From Bacteroidota bacterium (GTDB taxonomy: Bacteria; Bacteroidota; Bacteroidia; NS11-12g; UBA9320), in the NCBI GenBank assembly GCA_016124755.1, contig WGNA01000005.1, positions 178,684 through 242,683 of the forward strand: 64,000 nucleotides of DNA, written 5' to 3'. The notes beneath the pieces were generated by a model. The model saw only the letters and a list, made by a program, of their open reading frames with translations, had not been told where the DNA came from and did not search any database. The translations under genes were made by a program, and so were the position numbers. Shown here piece by piece: positions 39,544-49,381 of the stretch (position 1 is its first letter; each line of letters opens with the position of its first letter).

Positions 39544-41847
39544 CTATGGCATTCGAACCAGTTTTGTCTGAAACACGTTCCGGCCGCTGTAAACCTTCAC
39601 AAAATAAATTCCGGCACTAAGGTGATTTACGTTCACTTCATCATTCGTGTCGAAATCCTTTTGCATCACGACTTCACCGTTGAGACCATAAATTTCTAAG
39701 TGAGCTTTTGAACTGCTCAATCCGCTAAAATGTATTGTACCATTCGTAGGGTTCGGGAACATTACGATCTGGGCTGTTTTAATATCCGGAATTCCAACCG
39801 TGTATGTATTGCATTTTTGTGTACCCCGCATGTACTGAATTCCGCCCCGGTAATTTCCGACAATCATGTCCTTAATTCCATCGCCATCGAGATCCGCAAC
39901 CGCCGCGATTCCGGATTTCCCAACCGAATAATTATAGCAGGTTCCGGTTCGGGTTGAATAATTAATGTTGTCGAATGCCTTGAAATTGGATCCTGCATTT
40001 TTCCGGATATCTCTCACTATTTTGAAAATTCCGTCTTCCGATCCTAAAATAAATTCCGGATCTCCATTGGTATCGAGGTCGGCAATAAATGGTGCACTGT
40101 ATCCGATTGAGAAATAAACTAAGCTATCGTAAAAAGTGTCCCGGGTTTCATCGTAAAAGTATTGAGAGATTTTTCGGTTTGCCATCAAACCTCCGAACGT
40201 ATCGCTTGCCAGAGTAAAGGCCGGAATTGTACCTGTGGCATCGTTGCGGAAATAAAATGTATTCCCCTCGTAACAGCCGATCAAAAGATCTGCGTCTCCA
40301 TCTCCATCAACATCTGCAATGTGCGGAGTTGCAGCAGATCCCACGTCAATATTGAAAGAATTTTTAGAAACGAGTTGTGCTGTGGTGCTCTTACCGGAAC
40401 CTAAAAGGTTGTACAATCTCAAGGTTCCGTTTACTTCTCCAATCAGCAATTCGGGTTTACCGTCTTTGTTTAAATCACCAATCGTCGGCACCATTCTCCC
40501 AATCGAATCCTTTTCGAGATTCAGGAAGTTGTTATCGGCCATCTGAAAAATTGCTTTGGTTGAAGTTCCAATATTTTCAAACAACACCAATCGATCGTGC
40601 ACATCGGCAGTTAATCCCCAGTCACCATTCGTTGCAATAATGAGATCCTGATCTCCATCGCCGTCCATATCCCACAAAACCGGTGCGGTATGACTTCCAA
40701 AATCCACCGCATCTCTTGCCAGAAAAGCACTGTCTTTAAATACAAAATTGGGTTTGTTGTTTTTCCCGGTATTCTGATACATGAAAATATTTCCGGTTTC
40801 CCGGAAGTAACCACTTGTTTTATCGGTATAGTTAACAGCAACCAATAAATCTTTCACTCCATCCCCATCAAGATCCTGATAAAACGGAGCTGGAAAAGCC
40901 GTCATTTTTGCCTGCTTGGTATTCGAAGGAAATTTGTTGTCGTAGGCAATCATCGAATCGAGTTTCATGTTCAGGTTCTTTTTGCCGTTCGTGAGATAAA
41001 TAAGATTTGAAAAGCCTGCGTTCCCTAGAACCAAATCCATATCCCCGTCTTCATCCCCGTCGAGTAGTAATAAACTGGAACCTCCTGCATGTTTTTTCAG
41101 TTTCTTCCAGCACCACTGATTGCGTTGCAAGAAAATCTCATTGGTCTGGTCGCCTTCCTGAAAATCGCCCCAGCACACATCGGCTTCAATAAAGACCGGC
41201 GGATCTAACGGTAAGGAATTCTCAACAGTTACATTTCGGAACAAGGTAATTCCGGCTCCGTATTTCTGAAGCGTTAAAAAGTCGATATCGCCATCGCCGT
41301 CAACATCTTCAATCGCCGGAATGTTGGTTCCGTCGCAATACAAATCGCTGGTATCTAATGGCGGAGTTCCATGATTATAAGCGCGAAGAACACTGCTAAC
41401 AAGAGTAAAATGTATTTGAGAATCGTCGTTTGCTGTGGTGTTTCGGTACAGGGTAATGTTTTGATTTTCGTCATCACGGTACCAAAGATCTTCCTTTCCA
41501 TCTCCATCGTAATCCCGGAACACAACCCAGGAAGAGAACTTCGGAAAAATCTGATCGTATTCCGGCTGATGCGTGTATTTTCCATTTTCGTCTTTAATTA
41601 ATGAGGTGACCTTAGAACCCGACCGATCAAAAACAAAGAGATCTTTAATTCCGTCGTTATTAATATCGATTACGTAAAACTGTGGCTGGTTAAATCCCCC
41701 CACCGTAGCCAATGAAAGTGTGTTTCCGTTTTGGTCGCGGAACTCCGGTCCGTTCTCAACATTAAAAGAAATCTCGTGCTGGGCGAAAGCTGCACTGAAG
41801 ATCGAACACAGAACAAAAAAGAAAGACGACTTTACAACAAACTTCAT
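39544..41847 (-). CDS. FG-GAP/VCBS repeat T9SS-secreted protein
   Basis: Many D.DGDG..DL motifs; MFPNPTNG...LSAGIYF C-terminal domain. Confidence 0.88.
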   Translation of the reverse strand: MKFVVKSSFFFVLCSIFSAAFAQHEISFNVENGPEFRDQNGNTLSLATVGGFNQPQFYVIDINNDGIKDLFVFDRSGSKVTSLIKDENGKYTHQPEYDQIFPKFSSWVVFRDYDGDGKEDLWYRDDENQNITLYRNTTANDDSQIHFTLVSSVLRAYNHGTPPLDTSDLYCDGTNIPAIEDVDGDGDIDFLTLQKYGAGITLFRNVTVENSLPLDPPVFIEADVCWGDFQEGDQTNEIFLQRNQWCWKKLKKHAGGSSLLLLDGDEDGDMDLVLGNAGFSNLIYLTNGKKNLNMKLDSMIAYDNKFPSNTKQAKMTAFPAPFYQDLDGDGVKDLLVAVNYTDKTSGYFRETGNIFMYQNTGKNNKPNFVFKDSAFLARDAVDFGSHTAPVLWDMDGDGDQDLIIATNGDWGLTADVHDRLVLFENIGTSTKAIFQMADNNFLNLEKDSIGRMVPTIGDLNKDGKPELLIGEVNGTLRLYNLLGSGKSTTAQLVSKNSFNIDVGSAATPHIADVDGDGDADLLIGCYEGNTFYFRNDATGTIPAFTLASDTFGGLMANRKISQYFYDETRDTFYDSLVYFSIGYSAPFIADLDTNGDPEFILGSEDGIFKIVRDIRKNAGSNFKAFDNINYSTRTGTCYNYSVGKSGIAAVADLDGDGIKDMIVGNYRGGIQYMRGTQKCNTYTVGIPDIKTAQIVMFPNPTNGTIHFSGLSSSKAHLEIYGLNGEVVMQKDFDTNDEVNVNHLSAGIYFVKVYSGRNVFQTKLVRMP

Positions 41848-41974
41848 AATCAGTTTTTAGAAATGACCGGCAAGAACATCATACCGTTGCACAAAGTGAG
41901 AATAAAAATCGCTCGAATTCAACACTTCTCACAGTAATTACGTAACTCTGATTACCGAAATTCGTACTTCGTTC

Positions 41975-42739
41975 ATGAGAGTTATTTTAATATCACTGTT
42001 AATAATGCTGGCAGCACGCCCCGTTGCATGCGCGCAGACCTCCAAAACCAGTGATATTTATCTATATGAAAAAGTTGACTCCACTCCCATTTCAGACGCG
42101 CTCATCATTTATAATGAAAGATCTTTCATTACAGATTCCGCAGGTCATTTCCGGTTAACCGCTGTTTTCCCTTGTACCATTGAATACCTTCACATTAATC
42201 ACAATGGGAAAATTCAATTAGACGATACCAGCTATCAAAAAATTTACGTCGATACGGAAACGCACACGCTCCCGGAAGCCAACATCTGGTTTCTGAAAGA
42301 CAAACTCGGTTTCGATCGGGCGTTTGTGGAAGGCAATATTCCGATAGATAGTTTTTTAGTGCTAAAGGGAAGTCTCCATCTCGATGCAGTTGATCGCTCC
42401 ACACATCAGGGCGGTATTGCTTTGGGAAGTCCGATCACGATGCTTTACAACCAGTTTAGCAAAGAAGGTCAACGCAAAATGGCCTATACCGAAACCATGA
42501 TCAAACGCCAAAAAGTCGACATCCTTCGCATTATGATGAACCGCCACCGGCTGTCTCAGGTTCTGGAAACCGATGATCCCGAAGTGATGAAATGCTTCTT
42601 CCTGTATTGCTCTATTCATCCCGATTGTGTTGAGTTCCTGTCGGAAGCCATGCTACTCCGATGGCTTGAAGACTGTGAAAAGACTTTTGATCCGAATGGA
42701 AATTGCGATTGGTCGGATATGCTCTACTTCGTACCCTGA
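41975..42739 (+). CDS. Hypothetical exported protein with carboxypeptidase-regulatory-like N-terminal domain
   Basis: PIS.A.I...TDSAG.F; SPITMLYNQFSKEG motif. Confidence 0.6.
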   Translation: MRVILISLLIMLAARPVACAQTSKTSDIYLYEKVDSTPISDALIIYNERSFITDSAGHFRLTAVFPCTIEYLHINHNGKIQLDDTSYQKIYVDTETHTLPEANIWFLKDKLGFDRAFVEGNIPIDSFLVLKGSLHLDAVDRSTHQGGIALGSPITMLYNQFSKEGQRKMAYTETMIKRQKVDILRIMMNRHRLSQVLETDDPEVMKCFFLYCSIHPDCVEFLSEAMLLRWLEDCEKTFDPNGNCDWSDMLYFVP

Positions 42740-42800
42740 AATGTGCAGATCATTTTTTCCTCTCTTCGTTTTCGTATTCTAATATTGACTGCTTTGAAGA

Positions 42801-44099
42801 ATGGAAAAAGTCGACTCCCGATTCGTATTCAGAATTCTTGCTGAACAGCAGATGAAATTCACTACCGACTCACGAAAAGTGGAGAACGGTTCGGTGTTTT
42901 TTGCACTAAAAGGCGAAAGTTTCAACGGAAATTTATTCGCGCTCAAAGCACTTGAATCGGGCGCTTCGTATGTTGTGGTGGATGAAGACATTGCCTCTGA
43001 GCAATCCGGAATTTTAGTAGTTGATGATGTGCTTAAATGCTTTCAGGAAGTAGCAACACATTATCGAAGAACTTTTAAAATTCCCTTTCTCGCAGTTGCC
43101 GGCAGCAACGGAAAAACCACAACCAAAGAATTGATTAAAGCGTGTCTTTCTAAAAAATATAAAGTTCACGCCACGTCCGGAAATTTCAACAACCACATCG
43201 GAGTTCCGATTACGCTTTTAACCATGCCGGCCGATACAGAATTAGCCGTAATTGAAATCGGCACCAATTCGTTCGGTGAAATTGAAACACTCTGTAAAAT
43301 TCTGGAACCCGACTACGGTTTAATCACCAACATCGGGAAAGAACACCTCGAAGGTTTTGGCGATCTCGATGGAGTCGCCCGCGAAGAAAGTGAACTCTAT
43401 AATTACCTGATCCAACATCGGGGTTTTGCCTTTATTAATGCTGATGATCCGTATTTATTCCGGATGTCGCACCGCATCTCCAATAAAATTTCATACGGAT
43501 TTTCCGATCCGGCTGAGATGCATTTTACCATCATTTCAACACTGCCGGAAATTCAGATTGAGCAGAATAAAACTTTTTTCAGATCTGCCATGCAGGGAAT
43601 TCACAATGCATCAAACATTGCCTGTGCTGTTACGGTCGCAAGTCATTTCGGAGTTGCTGTTCCGGAGATTCAAGCTTCGATTTCCGGATATCAGCCGGCA
43701 AACAACCGATCCGAAATGCGGGTAATTGGCAGCAACCACATTATTCTCGATGCATACAATGCAAATCCGAGCAGCATGGAAGTAGCGATTGAAAGCTTTG
43801 TAAAAAGTGATGTACCGAATAAAGTATTGTTACTGGGCGACATGTTCGAACTCGGAAATTACAGTGATGAAGAACATTTCAACTTAGCGGAAAGGGTGTC
43901 GAAACTCAGCGATATCCAATACCATTTATGTGGAGATGCGTTTCAGAGAGCCGCAGAAAAACTCGGACTTCCCTCATTTAAAAATGTTGATGAACTCAAT
44001 AACCATCTCTCGAAACAAACTTTTGAAAACGCCTGGTTTTTAGTAAAAGGATCCCGCGGAATGAAGATGGAACGCGTGCTCGAAGCCCTCGGAAATTAA
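42801..44099 (+). CDS. murF: UDP-N-acetylmuramoyl-tripeptide--D-Ala-D-Ala ligase
   Basis: TDSRKV, GSNGKTTTKE, NNHIGVP, DAYNANPSSM, LGDMFELG, KGSRGM. Confidence 0.96.
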   Translation: MEKVDSRFVFRILAEQQMKFTTDSRKVENGSVFFALKGESFNGNLFALKALESGASYVVVDEDIASEQSGILVVDDVLKCFQEVATHYRRTFKIPFLAVAGSNGKTTTKELIKACLSKKYKVHATSGNFNNHIGVPITLLTMPADTELAVIEIGTNSFGEIETLCKILEPDYGLITNIGKEHLEGFGDLDGVAREESELYNYLIQHRGFAFINADDPYLFRMSHRISNKISYGFSDPAEMHFTIISTLPEIQIEQNKTFFRSAMQGIHNASNIACAVTVASHFGVAVPEIQASISGYQPANNRSEMRVIGSNHIILDAYNANPSSMEVAIESFVKSDVPNKVLLLGDMFELGNYSDEEHFNLAERVSKLSDIQYHLCGDAFQRAAEKLGLPSFKNVDELNNHLSKQTFENAWFLVKGSRGMKMERVLEALGN

Positions 44100-46204
44100 A
44101 GTGATTTCCGATACGTTCTGATCAGCAGAACACCAAGGTTTCTGTGCGGAGGCAAATAATCCGCGAATCTTTCTGAAGCGGTTTTATTCGAAGCAAGTGT
44201 CTTCCCCACCTGAGTCCAGAGTGTTTCCCAAACCACATCTTTGTCTTGACGCAATTGTTCGCAGATGTCGAAGATCAGCTCATTATTTACGTATCGTGTT
44301 CCTACCTGTTTACTTGCGATAATCTGAGCATTCGGTGAATAATTCATCACCTCGCTAATGTTGTTGTAACCACCGCAAGAACCAAGAATTACCAACTCTG
44401 CACTCGGCGTAACCGATTCGATAGTGGTTGAAACGTAATAGCTATGGCCGCGATGCACGACTATATCCGGGAACCTTCCGGTCTTTTTAAAATACTCCCG
44501 AATCGCATCCTGACCGGCATATTCCGAAGTTGGTTTATTCAGAAAAAGCTTCACCTTTCTGCCGTAAGTCGATTGAACGATCACATAGCTTCCTTTGTCA
44601 ACGGTTGTCCAACCGGGTTTATTAAAGCGTTGCAAAAATGAAGAGTAACTCACCCGACCATCGATATCATCAAAAAAGAAATGCTGTTGAATATGTTCGT
44701 TCTTCTTAAAGGCAGAACTGCGCATCAGTTCCGACAACTCGGTTATGTCTGTATTAATTTCCGGGTTCTCAATAAGACCGGTAACGCTCAGCAACGATTT
44801 GTACAGCTTAGTGTTTTCGTCTGTCTTCCAGTGAATGGTTTCGTACTCTTTTTTAAGTGCGGTTCCGAAAATTTCCTTGTCTTCCGAATTAGCCAAAGCA
44901 CCGTAAGTATCCGCCAAAACTACCGCTTCCTCCAAAGGATTGGGCTCGCGATCAAGACCATTCACCATGCGGTTAAACAATGCGCGTTTTTCCCATTCGT
45001 TCATTCGGCTCAGAAAGGTTGGCAACGTGTTGTAGGCCGCGCACATTTTAATAAAAGTACGATACCGAACCATGCCCACACTGTGCAGAAATTCGAATGA
45101 ACTTTTGAGATTCATCCGGTCCATCATCCGGGAATAAAGTCCGAGAAAAGTGGAGGTAAATATTTCGTCCTCCGCGAAAACCAACAGAGCATATAATTCT
45201 TGTGAATTGAGATTTGTCGTGTCACAAACCTTAAATCGGATGGAGTCTGCTTCTTCGTGAAGATCGTTCATCACACGAACTCTTTTTAATGCGGTATATC
45301 GTATTTCGTCATCAATAGAATAAGACGCCATCACACTCGACTTCTCACGATATTTCAAAAGGTAGGTGAATAAGCTGTCGCGATCGAGTGTTTTGTTGTG
45401 AGCATCCATCACGCTCAAACTTCCCTTCTGAACCGCATCAATTAGTAAATACGCTCTGGAATTAGAGCCAACCTTCTCAAATATTTTCATCATGGTTTGC
45501 AACTCGGGATGTCGGTTTCGCGTGGGTTCAGACAGCATTGTGCGATAAACCGGATTGTCGTTCCCCATATAAAAACAGACGTTCATGGGAGCATTCGCAC
45601 ACAATTCAGCAAGAACATCTTCCGAGTATTTGTGAGAATAAATCAATGAAAATTTACTCAGCAACAAACTCGGTTGGTTTCGCGCCGCATGAATAAGAAC
45701 ATCTTTGGCGTATGGTTTAAAATCATAAAACGGAATAACATTGATGGAAGTGGAAACATCACTTTTTAAAATAGAGGTCATCCTTTTTTCATCCTGAATC
45801 TGACGAATCCTTAGAATCATATCCACATTCAGATTCATCCGGTTGTAGAGAAAATAATTATCGGGACGAACGGTTTCCAAAAGTTTCAGCAAGTCGCTCA
45901 GCAAACGTTTTCGCGCCATTAAGTCGGCTTCACTCGTATTAATGTTTTCCTGAATACGGTTAAACTTTTCGATGTAGAGTTCGGTGGCGGCTTTGGTCTG
46001 CCTTTCTTCTGTGAGATTTACCTTTTGATCAATCGAACCGTCGAACGAATCAATCTGCTGTTGGAGCTGATCGATTTGCAGGTTGAGTTTGGTGAGAATG
46101 TCTTCCTGAGCAACCAGACTATTCGTAAAACACATTCCTGTTAAGAGGCAAGTCAGATAAAATAGATTGCTAACAAAAAGGTGTTTTGATAAGCCTGATA
46201 TCAT
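44096..46204 (-). CDS. Conserved hypothetical exported protein with possible C-terminal clan CD peptidase-like domain
   Basis: 702 aa, signal peptide, VVHRGHSY and LVILGSCGG motifs. Confidence 0.65.
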   Translation of the reverse strand: MISGLSKHLFVSNLFYLTCLLTGMCFTNSLVAQEDILTKLNLQIDQLQQQIDSFDGSIDQKVNLTEERQTKAATELYIEKFNRIQENINTSEADLMARKRLLSDLLKLLETVRPDNYFLYNRMNLNVDMILRIRQIQDEKRMTSILKSDVSTSINVIPFYDFKPYAKDVLIHAARNQPSLLLSKFSLIYSHKYSEDVLAELCANAPMNVCFYMGNDNPVYRTMLSEPTRNRHPELQTMMKIFEKVGSNSRAYLLIDAVQKGSLSVMDAHNKTLDRDSLFTYLLKYREKSSVMASYSIDDEIRYTALKRVRVMNDLHEEADSIRFKVCDTTNLNSQELYALLVFAEDEIFTSTFLGLYSRMMDRMNLKSSFEFLHSVGMVRYRTFIKMCAAYNTLPTFLSRMNEWEKRALFNRMVNGLDREPNPLEEAVVLADTYGALANSEDKEIFGTALKKEYETIHWKTDENTKLYKSLLSVTGLIENPEINTDITELSELMRSSAFKKNEHIQQHFFFDDIDGRVSYSSFLQRFNKPGWTTVDKGSYVIVQSTYGRKVKLFLNKPTSEYAGQDAIREYFKKTGRFPDIVVHRGHSYYVSTTIESVTPSAELVILGSCGGYNNISEVMNYSPNAQIIASKQVGTRYVNNELIFDICEQLRQDKDVVWETLWTQVGKTLASNKTASERFADYLPPHRNLGVLLIRTYRKSL

Positions 46205-46755
46205 GTATTGTTTTCTCCTTCTTTAGAAATAAAACTCTGAATCGCATGCCACAGAACAATGCCTGCACAAACCGAAATATTCAACGAATGTTTAGTTCCG
46301 AATTGCGGAATTTCCAAAAAAGTATTGCACCCCTGAATGCCGGCTTCGCTGAGTCCATCCACTTCATGACCAAAGACCAATGCGTATTTGTCTTCCGGGT
46401 TTGGAGACCAGTCTTGTAACTCGACGGAAGAAGTTGTTTGTTCTACTCCAACAATCCGCCAACCTTTTCTTTTGAGTTCGATAATCACCTCTTCAACTGA
46501 CTTCACGTAAGTCCATGGAACCGACAATTCGGCTCCCAAGGCAGACTTGGTAATTTCCCTGTGCGGTGGGTGTGGAGTGATGCCGCACAGATACATGTGC
46601 TCGACCCGAAATGCATCACTCGTTCGAAAGAGTGATCCGACGTTGAGCATACTTCTAACATTGTCGAGTACGACGATTAACGGGCGTTTGGAGGCCTTTT
46701 TAAATTCCTCAACGCTAAGCCTGTTTAGTTCGATATTCTTTAATTTGCGGGCCAC
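46201..46755 (-). CDS. SpoU/TrmH family RNA 2'-O-methyltransferase
   Basis: LDNVRS.LNVGSLFRT.DAF, FGHEVDG, IPQFGTKHSLNIS; probable GTG start (VARKL). Confidence 0.92.
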   Translation of the reverse strand: MARKLKNIELNRLSVEEFKKASKRPLIVVLDNVRSMLNVGSLFRTSDAFRVEHMYLCGITPHPPHREITKSALGAELSVPWTYVKSVEEVIIELKRKGWRIVGVEQTTSSVELQDWSPNPEDKYALVFGHEVDGLSEAGIQGCNTFLEIPQFGTKHSLNISVCAGIVLWHAIQSFISKEGENNT

Positions 46756-46771
46756 TGAAGCATAGATATCA

Positions 46772-49381
46772 TTGACAACAAATGTAAAGAAGGACACCCA
46801 AACTCCGCTGATGCGACAGTATCAGCAAATCAAACTTAAATATCCGGGTGCACTTATTCTTTTCAGGGTTGGTGACTTCTACGAAACCTTTTCTGATGAT
46901 GCCATAAAAGCCTCTGAGATTCTGGATATCGTTCTCACCAAACGGGCGAACGGAAAAGCTTCTCACATTGAACTGGCTGGTTTTCCTCATCACGCACTTG
47001 ATACCTATTTACCTAAATTGGTAAGAGCCGGTTTGCGGGTTGCCATCTGCGACCAGTTGGAAGAACCTCAGAAAGGAAAAAAATTAGTAAAGCGCGGCGT
47101 AACCGAATTAGTTACACCGGGAGTTACGATGAACGACAAAGTTCTCGACAGCCGACAGAGCAACTTTCTCTGTTCCATTGCAAGCGATAAAAATCATTTC
47201 GGGGTTGCGTTTCTGGAAATTTCAACCGGTGAGTTTCTGGTTGCCGAGGGAAATAAAGAGTTTATTCAAAAACTGATGCAGAGTCTTTCTCCTTCGGAAG
47301 TGTTATTCGCAAAACCCAAGCGAAAACAATTTGAGGAAGACTTCGGTGAAAATTATCACACCTTCACTTTAGACGAATGGATTATTGATTATGAGTTCGG
47401 GCTCGATCGGTTAAAACAACAATTCGATACCTCAAATCTCAAAGGTTTTGGAATAGAAGAAATGCAACTGGCAATCGCCGCCGCCGGAGCTTGTTTGTAT
47501 TATCTCGAACAAACGCATCACAATTTATTAGACCATATTACGGGTGTCAGCAGAATTGAAGAAGACACCTATTTATGGATGGATCAGTTCACCATTCGAA
47601 ATCTCGAACTGGTGCATTCTAATCATCATCAGGGAAAAAGTCTGCTCGACATTCTTGATGAAACCTGCACTCCGATGGGAGGCCGGCTTCTCCGAAAATG
47701 GATGGTTTTGCCGCTCAAAGATTTGTCGGTTATCCGCAAAAGATTAGATGTGGTTTCCTGCTTTTTTAATCAGGATAAACTGTGCCGGGAATTCATTTCC
47801 TATTTGAAGCAAATTGGTGATCTCGAAAGACTGGTTTCCAAAATTTCCACGCAGCGAATCAATCCAAGGGAATTAAATCAGTTCAAGAAGGCTCTTCAAA
47901 ACATGCAGAAAATCCGAACGATTTGTCTTGAATCCGAATTTGAAGAATTAAAAGAAATCGGACTTACCATTTCGGATTGTGCGAACATCATTTCTAAAAT
48001 CGATACGGAGATTTCGGAAGACGCTCCGATGCTCATCAACAAAGGCGGAATTTTTAATTCTGGAATTAATGATGAGCTGGATGAACTCAGAAGTCTTGCT
48101 TATGCCGGTAAAGATTATTTAGTCGGGATTCAGCAACGGGAAAGTGCGGCAACCGGAATTCCTTCGCTAAAAATTGCCTTTAATAATGTGTTCGGATACT
48201 ACATCGAAGTTACCAATACGCATCGCGATAAAGTTCCTACGGAGTGGATTCGCAAACAAACTTTAGTGAATGCCGAGCGATACATCACAGAAGAATTAAA
48301 GGAATACGAACAAAAAATTCTCACAGCCGAAGACAAAATTCTAGCGATAGAAAGCAATCGTTTCCGGGATCTGGTTCTGGAATTAGGCGATGAAATTCAT
48401 CCCGTTCAAACCGATGCCCGACACATTGCACGACTCGATTGCCTTTTGTCGTTCGCGATGGTTTCCAGAACCCACAATTACTGCCGACCGGAAATAGATG
48501 ATTCGCTGCTTCTGGCACTTCACGAATGCCGGCATCCGGTGATTGAGCAGCAGTTGCCCCATGGTGAATCGTATATCCCGAATGATCTGATGCTGAACAG
48601 TGAAGATCAGCAACTCATTATTTTAACTGGTCCGAATATGTCGGGTAAGTCGGCATTGTTGCGGCAAACGGCTCTCGCGGTTTTAATGGCGCAGATGGGT
48701 TGTTTCGTTGCAGCCAAACACGCGCAGATCGGCATGGTTGATAAGATTTATACCCGCGTTGGTGCAAGTGATAATATTAGTCAGGGCGAATCGACCTTTA
48801 TGGTGGAAATGACCGAAACGGCGAGCATACTCAACAACCTTTCACCGAGAAGTCTGATTTTATTGGATGAAATCGGGAGAGGAACCAGCACGTTCGACGG
48901 CGTTTCTCTGGCCTGGGCAATTGCCGAGTTTATTGCCACTCACGACTTTAAACCCAAAACTCTTTTTGCAACGCATTATCATGAGTTGAATGAGTTGGAA
49001 GAGAAACACTCGACGGTTAAAAACTATCATGTCACTACTCGTGAAGTCGGGAAAAAGGTGATTTTTCTCCGGAAGATCGAAAAAGGCGGAAGCGAACACA
49101 GCTTCGGAATTCATGTCGCACGAATGGCCGGCATACCTTCAAAGGTGGTAAAGCGGGCGGATCAGATTTTAGCGGAATTAGAAAAAGACCGCATGAATCT
49201 GAGTGGTCGTGATAAATTGAAACAACTGCGACAAACCGAATATCAACTCAACTTATTTTCGATTGACGATCCGAGAATCCGGGAAATCACAAAACAACTC
49301 GAATCGATCGATACCAATACGCTTACACCGATCGAAGCGCTGTTAAAATTAAATGAGTTAAAGAAGGCTCTGAATGATTAG
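46772..49381 (+). CDS. mutS: DNA mismatch repair protein MutS
   Basis: TPLMRQY, FRVGDFYE, TGPNMSGKS, STFMVEM, DEIGRGT, ATHYHEL. Confidence 0.98.
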   Translation: MTTNVKKDTQTPLMRQYQQIKLKYPGALILFRVGDFYETFSDDAIKASEILDIVLTKRANGKASHIELAGFPHHALDTYLPKLVRAGLRVAICDQLEEPQKGKKLVKRGVTELVTPGVTMNDKVLDSRQSNFLCSIASDKNHFGVAFLEISTGEFLVAEGNKEFIQKLMQSLSPSEVLFAKPKRKQFEEDFGENYHTFTLDEWIIDYEFGLDRLKQQFDTSNLKGFGIEEMQLAIAAAGACLYYLEQTHHNLLDHITGVSRIEEDTYLWMDQFTIRNLELVHSNHHQGKSLLDILDETCTPMGGRLLRKWMVLPLKDLSVIRKRLDVVSCFFNQDKLCREFISYLKQIGDLERLVSKISTQRINPRELNQFKKALQNMQKIRTICLESEFEELKEIGLTISDCANIISKIDTEISEDAPMLINKGGIFNSGINDELDELRSLAYAGKDYLVGIQQRESAATGIPSLKIAFNNVFGYYIEVTNTHRDKVPTEWIRKQTLVNAERYITEELKEYEQKILTAEDKILAIESNRFRDLVLELGDEIHPVQTDARHIARLDCLLSFAMVSRTHNYCRPEIDDSLLLALHECRHPVIEQQLPHGESYIPNDLMLNSEDQQLIILTGPNMSGKSALLRQTALAVLMAQMGCFVAAKHAQIGMVDKIYTRVGASDNISQGESTFMVEMTETASILNNLSPRSLILLDEIGRGTSTFDGVSLAWAIAEFIATHDFKPKTLFATHYHELNELEEKHSTVKNYHVTTREVGKKVIFLRKIEKGGSEHSFGIHVARMAGIPSKVVKRADQILAELEKDRMNLSGRDKLKQLRQTEYQLNLFSIDDPRIREITKQLESIDTNTLTPIEALLKLNELKKALND

